Below are positions 56,346 through 64,000 of a stretch of DNA of 64,000 nucleotides, in pieces. The stretch is from Auanema rhodensis (lineage: Eukaryota; Animalia; Nematoda). Within the stretch, counting starts at the first letter, position 1. Each line of letters opens with the position of its first letter. The stretch lies in the NCBI GenBank assembly GCA_964057225.1, contig OZ059896.1:11470001-11534000 (forward strand), read 5' to 3'. A program made the position numbers and the translations under genes. The notes beneath the pieces are model-generated. The model worked only from the letters and a program-made list of their open reading frames with translations, did no database searches and had not been told where the DNA came from.

Positions 56346-59300
56346 GAATGAACGAATAGCGGTGACCGTTTTGGGAGTTGGAAATTTCTTAACGGCTGTA
56401 ATTTTTGATGGATCAGGTTGTATTCCATCACGACCAATTATAAATCCAAGAAATTTAACTTGTGTAGCTGCAAATTTGCATTTACTTAGTTTTGCTTTCA
56501 TTCCTAATCCTTGTAAAGCTTGTAACACTTCTTCTATATCCTCCAGATGTTGTTCAGCTGTGTTTGATATAATGAGTAGATCATCCAGATAAACAAAAAG
56601 TCGACATTTTACTTGATTTTGCAAATAGCGAACAGCTGATTGAAATGTATGTGGAGCTCCACAGAGACCCATCGGCATTCTGCAATATTGATAAACTCCT
56701 GATGAGGTCACAAATGCAGTGAGGTGACGGTCTTCTTCACGTAAAGGAATTTGAAAAAATCCCGATACGAGATCGATGTTTGTGAAGTATCGAGCTCCTG
56801 CAGTGCTGTCGATTATTTCTGGTATATGAGGAATAGAATAAGTCTGTTTCTGTGTGACACTATTGAGTGCACGGAAGTCCGTTACAAAGCGGAATGAGTT
56901 GTCTTTCTTCTTGACTAAGACGACTGGACTTGTAAAACTTGATGTTGATGTTTCTATTACTCCTTGGTCCAGCATTTCTTTTACTTGACGTTCAACTTCA
57001 TCCTGTTTACCCAAAGGAACTCGATATGATCGAGATTTGGGCAGGTCCATATCGGTTCTCAAAGTGATTGAATGTTCTATTGGTCCTTTGAATAATCCAA
57101 TGTTCCGATCTTCGTTAAAAAAAGCATTTTTGAATCTTCTCAACATAGTTTTGAGATTTTGACGTTGATTTTTAGATAGATCCGTTGATTCGAATTTTAA
57201 GTTATCGAAAGGAATCTTCTCAAAAATAGGCAATTTATCTGACCAATCAGCTTCTGGTGGAATATAGTCCGGTATATGTGGGATTCCAATTTCTTCTGCT
57301 ATTTTTCCTTTTCCAATAATGGTGTTTCCTGTTAACTCCACCTCATAATTTGCTGTATTGATGGCGAATATTGTGAGTGGTGAAGTCTTGATAGCAGTAG
57401 GTGTGAATTGAATAGGTCCATTTCCACATCGTATAAGAGCGTATTGTTTTGGTTGTAGTTCTTTTGCCAATTGTAGACGAATCATAGCTTTAGTTCGGGG
57501 TGGAATAATAGATTCTCTAATGTTTATAATTGAAACGGTGTCTGAACTGATGCGAAAGCTCTTCTGGTTAGCGGATAATAATGGTAGAAAATGGTTTCCA
57601 ACTATTAATTGCTTGCGTAGAGTTTGTAGAGAAGTTGTTATTCCTTTTTCTTCCAATGCTTTCATGATGTCCAAACCAAGTAACATTTCAGTAGGACAAT
57701 GTTTATCCTCAGAGATTAAAAATGTGTGTGAAAGATGGTATCCAGCAATAACAATGTCCAACGTTATTGTACCCAGAAAGTTGAATATTGATCCATTTGC
57801 TGCGGTGGCAGAGATTTTAGTTGAGTTGAAATTCTCTTTTCCTAAATAGCGTACTGATGATTCCTTCAAATATGAAACAGATGCTCCGCTATCCCATAAA
57901 GCTACGAATCCTCTGCCTTCTGCTTCAATTCTTATATATGGGAGTTCTCTTTTGTTCGTTGCACAGCATCCAACAAAAGGTATAATAATAGGAATAAAAG
58001 TGATGACAGTAGGAAAATATCTTCGAATAGTTTCGTCGTCGGCTGGAACATCGATGTCAGCGTTGAGTAGTTCGTGTTGTTCAACTGCATTCACATTTAA
58101 GATAGGAACTTTCTCTTTGATATAAGATACAACAATAATGTATAATGCTGATCCAAAGATTAATATAACTATCATAACACCTGCAGAGATAAACATTCTG
58201 TTGAGGGATCCAGCAAAGAAATCAACTCCTCGTTCCCATAGTGATGATGCAATATTTTGAGTAGAACTAAAAAGTTCGTTACTTTTTGTAAACCATTCTG
58301 ATAAGCCTGGCAAATTCGCTTGATTCGTGATAACTCGTAGAAAATTTCTATGAGGATTGGTAGCGAAAATGTGTCCATATGTTAGGCTTATTGTTCTAAC
58401 TAAGTTTTCATCGGTGATTTTTTCATAAAGATTTTTTTGTGAAAATCGAATGGCTGCTAGATCGGGATACTGATCTGAACCAATGTTTAAAGCAGTTACG
58501 TTTGTAACTCCGTTGAGGGATTTCCATTCTCCATCCTCTTTCCATATATCATTTTCTACTGTTTCACATGGAATTTCAGTTCCATATGCTTCCAAATCTG
58601 CTGAATCTTGAGGTGCAAAGTAGAGGCGGTCATCATCCGTGATGACGGGTGTTTCTAAATAACACTTATCTTTGTATGTGTGGTTGCGATAAATGTGAAT
58701 TGGTTCTATTGGCTGACAGGTTGAAACCCGAATAAGATTCCGTCCAATTATTCGAGCCACTATATCATCTCGTTGCATAATAGATCTGATAGCAATCGTA
58801 GGATTGATATTAAATATAGCTTGCCATGTCTTAATAAGTTCAAGTTGAGCATGACATATGCTGTGATGTTGATGATGAAATTCTTCGACCAGTATGGTTC
58901 TCATTCGTTCAAATCCATAGTTAAGTTTGTTGATGGTAGTTAATGCATCTCGATGTCGAAGTATAGTATTCTGGTGATCAGTTAAGTGAGTGCCGAATAA
59001 TTCTTGAGCTTTCTCTATGCTTCCAATCATGGGTTGCATTGATGTCATCCCTTGAATAGTACTAATTGTTTGTTTTGTAGTAGATGATGTATTTACAACA
59101 GGTTTTGAGGTAGCACTAAGAAATCGTGCAGTTGGCGTAGTTTTAGTGGTGATAGAGCGACTGAATACTCTTTTTGTAATCTCTTCAGGTGCTGGTTTTG
59201 AAAACCATGACAGTAAATCAGTTAATTGTTTAGCGTCAATGTTGATGTTACGGCTGTAGAGATCTTCTTTATTCGAAGGCATCGGTATTCCAAAAATGGT

Positions 59301-62033
59301 TTCTCGGTTTCTGAGTGTCCAGTTATCCAACAGCTTTAATTTCATTTCAAATACTTGATCTTTCACTTGTCGTTGTATAAAATGACTATGAAAGAACAGT
59401 TTCATTCGATAATATTCTATCAGTTGAGGTTGAGAATACTGATAGCGTAGTTCACGAAGTAATTCTTTTGCTTTATATACCACAGAACGTGGATCTCCAA
59501 ATGTGAAGTTGAGATGGTTTTGATATACTGTGAATATCAAAAATTCGAGTGGTGGCACATATTCTGTTTCGGATAAGATTGCAGGTATTTGTATCAATTC
59601 CCATAATTTATCTCTTGCAACCGAAATTGTAGAATTGCCTGGTTTAACTATTCTTTTTATATAATTGATAGGAAGTCGGTGTGCTAGTTGACCGATGACA
59701 AAACTAGGCTCCATTTGTTCGATCCACATTTTTGTAATCATCTTGCTTTCTTCTCCTCCTAGAGCATGTAGTAAGAGAATATTCGGATCGCGGAAGTCTT
59801 TTAAATTTGCCCAGTAATCTATAGTATGATCAGTAATGTTCAAAATATGGACAGCTGACAGCAAAAATTGATGATATCGAGCAATAACAGTCAGGTTCTG
59901 ATATTCGTTGCTAACTGATTGATAGTGATACCAGTTATGAATATATCGTATGGTATTTCCGCCAGACGTGACAGTATATCTAGCAAACGGTAGATCCAAT
60001 ATTTGAATAGGAGTTAACTTATATTCCATTTCTGAGCGAAATGACGCAATTAAGGATGAATTTGTTGAACGTTTATAGCGTTGGCGTGAAGGATCCATTT
60101 GATAATCCAAATAACTTGTTAGATCCAGTAGAGAATATGCATGCGGATAATCAATAAACGAGACAAGAGTCTCAGTAGTGGATTCAAAAATTGGTGAAGA
60201 AAAACAAGATTGAGTTGTAGTAGATGCTGAGGTGTTGGCTAAGACAAGTGCTGTTTCTAGACTTGATATTAGCAGTGTTTGATCTCCAAGTATTCCATAC
60301 AGAGGTCCAATACGTGTGTATTGGCATAGTGCTCGGGGTGTGGGTGGTTTCCAAACTACTGAACCATCTCCAAATGTACAGCTTCCCATTTGAGCTTTAC
60401 AGCCTTCTGCGTTGACAATTAAGTCAGATACAATAGTATTGTCTTTTAAATTTGTAATAACTCCTCGCTCCATCACAAATTGAGTTAAGTTGGCGCATTG
60501 AGTAAAACTGAAGAAACGTTCCGGTTCATATACTGGCTTAGGAGCTTCATATGTAAGTGGATTAGCGCTCAACAGTTTTTCATTATTCCATTTCTTGTCT
60601 CGAGCAGCTATACGGCATTCTTCTACAGATACATATCCATTACCAATGATGGTGTCATTGCTTTCTCGGAACCAAAATTGATCCGTTACACATAATCGAT
60701 AGATGCGTGTATAACATTTCCACGCTTCCCATGTTACGACGGTTTGTTTAGGAATGAACAATTCAACGTTAACTTGATGAGCTTGTTGAATTGCTTTCCG
60801 TTGGCATCCTGTTATCTCTGGTGGTGTCATCAGAATTCCTCCTTTATGAGCTAAACATAGTTGATATGAAGCATTCACAGTGGGAAGCAAAAATGTGCAG
60901 ATTATTGTTGTGAGCAGGTATGGTAATGCAATAGTATTTATATTGAATCGAGGTTTCCATCGTCTTTGATTGCCTTGATTCTCTCTTGGATAATTGTCTC
61001 TATTTTCTCTTGGATAGTTGTCTCTATTTTCTCTTGAGTAGTTGTCTCCTCGAGATTCTCTTGGATGGTTGTTGCGATTATTTCTAGAAAAGGTGTCTTG
61101 ATTTTCTCTTTGATAATTGTTGCGAGGTTCTCTCGAATGATGATGACTCTCCATTGAGTAGTTGTTTCCATAATTTTGTCGAGGGCCAGAGTTCCTGCTG
61201 AATTTATTTTTGAAACTCTTCCAAGGGTTTCTTGAATTGTTGCCATTGTTCCGTTCGAAATCTCGTGGCTGCTGATGGTTCCTTTGGTTACTATTTTCCT
61301 TCATGGTGATCTTCTGAACTGCAGAAATCAACTCTTGCATAGTTGAGTTTTCTTCATGCTGTTTCTTATAGTTAGCACGCATTGCTTCTTCAAAACGTGC
61401 TGTCCTTTTTGCTTCCTCATAAGTCTTCGGATCTTTTCCTTGAACAATTATGCCTAAATCAGCGTTCAATCCATTTAAGAAAGCTGATCTTAATATGTGC
61501 TCTCTTTCTCGATCAGTTGGGCTCATAATACTGGAAGCCATTTCATCCAAGTATGAGGCAAACTGAGTAACAGTTTTCTCTCCTTGCGTCGAGCGTAGCA
61601 ACTTCGCGATCGTGAAATTCCTTTCCGTGGCAGGGCAAAGTAACTCTGCCAATTGTGAAACAAGGTCTTTCCAAGGCCCTCGTTCACGAATTTCGAAAGG
61701 AATCGAGTTATATGCAGAGATCGCAGAATCATTCTGCTGAAGCAGCAGAGGAAGAAGAAAAATTCTTTCAATTACCGAAAGTCCAGCAGCATTCGCGAAT
61801 CGGTTAAATATATCGATGTACGATCGAAAGCTTTGGCTACCATCAAATTTGGGGCAGTGTGGACTGCCTAGAACTTTTGTTAAGTTTTTGGTCAACTCTG
61901 GAGATGCCATTAAATTAGGCGTTTCCAGAGTTGAATCTCTGTTTGATTGCTCATGTGGTCTCATGTTGAGTAGGAGCTTCAGAGGTAGTTTTTCGCGCTG
62001 GGGAGTTTTTTCTTTTTTCGGTGTTACAGCCAA
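56322..62033 (-). CDS. Polyprotein Gag - signal peptide - gB-like class III glycoprotein - TM - aspartic protease - RT (truncated before RNase H)
   Basis: Gag PKFDG, QGEKTVTQF and FLNGL; protease LWDSGAS and LLGLD; RT SPVVLVKKKD, DFRALN, MPMGL and YLDD; env motifs ICHAQ...NINPT...ARIIG...VSTC and CYLETPV. Confidence 0.88.
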   Translation of the reverse strand: MAVTPKKEKTPQREKLPLKLLLNMRPHEQSNRDSTLETPNLMASPELTKNLTKVLGSPHCPKFDGSQSFRSYIDIFNRFANAAGLSVIERIFLLPLLLQQNDSAISAYNSIPFEIRERGPWKDLVSQLAELLCPATERNFTIAKLLRSTQGEKTVTQFASYLDEMASSIMSPTDREREHILRSAFLNGLNADLGIIVQGKDPKTYEEAKRTARFEEAMRANYKKQHEENSTMQELISAVQKITMKENSNQRNHQQPRDFERNNGNNSRNPWKSFKNKFSRNSGPRQNYGNNYSMESHHHSREPRNNYQRENQDTFSRNNRNNHPRESRGDNYSRENRDNYPRENRDNYPRENQGNQRRWKPRFNINTIALPYLLTTIICTFLLPTVNASYQLCLAHKGGILMTPPEITGCQRKAIQQAHQVNVELFIPKQTVVTWEAWKCYTRIYRLCVTDQFWFRESNDTIIGNGYVSVEECRIAARDKKWNNEKLLSANPLTYEAPKPVYEPERFFSFTQCANLTQFVMERGVITNLKDNTIVSDLIVNAEGCKAQMGSCTFGDGSVVWKPPTPRALCQYTRIGPLYGILGDQTLLISSLETALVLANTSASTTTQSCFSSPIFESTTETLVSFIDYPHAYSLLDLTSYLDYQMDPSRQRYKRSTNSSLIASFRSEMEYKLTPIQILDLPFARYTVTSGGNTIRYIHNWYHYQSVSNEYQNLTVIARYHQFLLSAVHILNITDHTIDYWANLKDFRDPNILLLHALGGEESKMITKMWIEQMEPSFVIGQLAHRLPINYIKRIVKPGNSTISVARDKLWELIQIPAILSETEYVPPLEFLIFTVYQNHLNFTFGDPRSVVYKAKELLRELRYQYSQPQLIEYYRMKLFFHSHFIQRQVKDQVFEMKLKLLDNWTLRNRETIFGIPMPSNKEDLYSRNINIDAKQLTDLLSWFSKPAPEEITKRVFSRSITTKTTPTARFLSATSKPVVNTSSTTKQTISTIQGMTSMQPMIGSIEKAQELFGTHLTDHQNTILRHRDALTTINKLNYGFERMRTILVEEFHHQHHSICHAQLELIKTWQAIFNINPTIAIRSIMQRDDIVARIIGRNLIRVSTCQPIEPIHIYRNHTYKDKCYLETPVITDDDRLYFAPQDSADLEAYGTEIPCETVENDIWKEDGEWKSLNGVTNVTALNIGSDQYPDLAAIRFSQKNLYEKITDENLVRTISLTYGHIFATNPHRNFLRVITNQANLPGLSEWFTKSNELFSSTQNIASSLWERGVDFFAGSLNRMFISAGVMIVILIFGSALYIIVVSYIKEKVPILNVNAVEQHELLNADIDVPADDETIRRYFPTVITFIPIIIPFVGCCATNKRELPYIRIEAEGRGFVALWDSGASVSYLKESSVRYLGKENFNSTKISATAANGSIFNFLGTITLDIVIAGYHLSHTFLISEDKHCPTEMLLGLDIMKALEEKGITTSLQTLRKQLIVGNHFLPLLSANQKSFRISSDTVSIINIRESIIPPRTKAMIRLQLAKELQPKQYALIRCGNGPIQFTPTAIKTSPLTIFAINTANYEVELTGNTIIGKGKIAEEIGIPHIPDYIPPEADWSDKLPIFEKIPFDNLKFESTDLSKNQRQNLKTMLRRFKNAFFNEDRNIGLFKGPIEHSITLRTDMDLPKSRSYRVPLGKQDEVERQVKEMLDQGVIETSTSSFTSPVVLVKKKDNSFRFVTDFRALNSVTQKQTYSIPHIPEIIDSTAGARYFTNIDLVSGFFQIPLREEDRHLTAFVTSSGVYQYCRMPMGLCGAPHTFQSAVRYLQNQVKCRLFVYLDDLLIISNTAEQHLEDIEEVLQALQGLGMKAKLSKCKFAATQVKFLGFIIGRDGIQPDPSKITAVKKFPTPKTVTAIRSFQLNNKIG

Positions 62034-62376
62034 GTGTGTTGGCGTTTTTTCGTCGTCCGATGGACTTAAATCGTTGTCAAACGAGTCGTCACTATCGGGA
62101 AAAGGAAATCGAGAAATACGATTTCTCTTGTCTCTTAATCTTTGAGAGGTACGGAAAGGCGTATCCGTATAATTATTCTTGGAGGTTGCCGTTTTGGAAA
62201 AGGAGAAAAGTCAGAACAATCTACAATGTAAAATAGTGGAATAAGTTAGTAAACAAGATAAGAATATGAATAGTTAATAGTGAATAAATTAGTGAATAAC
62301 ATGAAAAAAAAATCGAAGAAAAAAAAAGATATATAATAATATGGGTTGAAGATTAATTAATTAATGAATTCAGTTA

Positions 62377-62924
62377 ATGGAACACATATCGAAGGTTAAT
62401 TCGATAAGATCGTTAAAACAGGTGCACTGAACCACACAAGAACCACATGGCAAACGTTTTGTTCATAAAAATATGATAAATAGCTGTACACCACATGTAC
62501 CAAGTTGTCTAATATTTTCAAATTACATGAAAGAATAGTTTAAAGAACCTTTTTTTTAATTTTATATTAATATATTCTAATATACTAACTCAATAAAACA
62601 CATATCGAAGGTTAACTCGATAGGATTCACAAACAATTGTGTTGTTTCCAATGGAACACATATCGAAGATTAATTCGATAAGATCGTTAAAACAGGTGCA
62701 CTGAACAACACAAGAACCACATGGCAAACGTTTTGTTCATAAAAATATGATAAATAGCTGTACACCACATGTACCAAGTTGTCTAATATTTTCAAATTAC
62801 ATGAAAGAATAGTTTAAAAAACCTTTTTTTTAATTTTATATTAATATATTCTAATATACTAACTCAATAAAACACATATCGAAGGTTAATTCGATAGGAT
62901 TCACAAACAATTGTGTTGTTTCCA
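62377..62924. repeat. 274-bp tandem duplication
   Basis: Units start at 62377 and 62651, with the next boundary at 62925; B2 has a single copy. Confidence 0.85.
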
Positions 62925-63597
62925 ATGGAACACATATCGAAGATTAATTCGATAAGATCGTTAAAACAGGTGCGCTGACCCACACATGTACCACATGGCA
63001 ATAGTTTTGTTCATAAAAATATGATAAATAGCTGTACAGCACAAGTATCCATAACGCTAAAGAATACTTACTATGCCAAGGGGTCATGGGTATATACTTT
63101 TTAGTATCAAAAATGTTAATGGAACACATATCGAATATCAATTCGATAAGATTGGTGAAACAGATACGTTGACCTACAATGAACCAAATGGCAAAGCACT
63201 TGTTCATTAAAGTATAACAAATAGCTGTATAGCATATGCATCAAGATTTCTAATATTCTCAAATTACGTGGAAAGAAGAGTATATAGAAAAAGTTTTAGT
63301 GTGTATATTACTAATATTCTAATACCCTAACTCAAAGAACACATATCGAAGATTAATTCGATAAGATTGTTGAAACAGGTGCGCTGACCACAACAATACA
63401 TGCGTATTTATTAACAGCGGATTGGCAACTGCCACTGTTGACAGCTGTAATATGATACAATGTTGAGTGTTGGCAACATTGTTACGTGACAATAAAACAA
63501 CTGACTGTTCTTGCAATGAAGTGTAATATAAATGTGTAAAATGAAATATGGATAACTACCTCTCAGAGTTTGCATAATTTTATTCTAACAAGATACA

Positions 63598-64000
63598 ATG
63601 GCTGCTAACAGGTTGTGTTTTTTCTTATCTTTTTTTAAATTAAAATATTTATTTTCAGTTATAAGCGTGTATGTGAAGAGTTGGGGTTCGATTATGAGGA
63701 AATTTATCAACTCAGGTAATTTAACCATATTTTTAAAATATACATCTTTGTTTTTTTTTAGTAAGCGCATAAAGCTTACCGAGAGTGGTGGTGCTGAGCT
63801 CTGTGACCCCGCAATAACCACTTCCAATAGTGGTCCCTCGTCATCAAGGGTTATTGAAGTTATCACCTTGGATGACAGCGATAATGAGTAAGCTATCGTA
63901 TAATGAAAAAGCATGAAATTTTTTTTTCAGAGAATGGAATCCCGAGATGCCATCAACTAGTGGAGAACAATTAGGAGGCGGTTCATCCTTCAACGATATT
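63598..64000 (+). CDS. B4 pPolB exons 1-4 (partial)
   Basis: ATGGCTGCTAACAG|GT, TTTCAG acceptors, VIEVITLDDSD. Confidence 0.8.

Larger units (their letters stand above)
55652..62370 (-). mobile_element. Ty3/Gypsy LTR retrotransposon with gB-like env; internally deleted, 5' LTR missing
   Basis: 3' LTR, purine-rich tract CAAGAGCGGTAGCA, integrase C-terminal tail, and a polyprotein with Gag, PR and RT. Confidence 0.88.
62372..64000 (+). mobile_element. Maverick B4, PolB-side subterminal region lacking its terminus; continues past the window
   Basis: Reverse complement of B2 about 40150-41512, with an extra 274-bp unit. Confidence 0.88.

Overview
AT-rich eukaryotic DNA, most likely nematode (about 40-46 nt introns, TTTCAG-type acceptors, Tc1 element). 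It has no host genes and consists entirely of nested mobile elements. Two related Maverick/Polinton subfamilies (here A and B) are inserted into each other. A1 (140-15796, TSD AATAAG) and B2 (25503-42156, TSD AGCCAT) are complete and apparently intact. B1, A2, B3, A3 and B4 are interrupted or partial. The nesting order is A1 in B1 in A2, B2 in A2, A2 in a LINE (which also carries an intact Tc1), the LINE in B3, and B3 in A3. A3 also holds a 337-bp solo-LTR-like insert and a Ty3/Gypsy element. Main highlights: (1) the Gypsy polyprotein has the order Gag - internal signal peptide - herpes-gB-like glycoprotein - TM - protease - RT; (2) every Maverick-in-Maverick insertion is between subfamilies; (3) pPolB is split by 13 introns while the virion genes have none; (4) a spliced accessory gene starts with a D-box; (5) a conserved membrane-protein ORF is overprinted on the zinc-finger gene; (6) a TATCGAA-N6-TTCGATA palindrome array of variable copy number lies in the element ends. 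All exon models and family calls were made by eye, without database searches.
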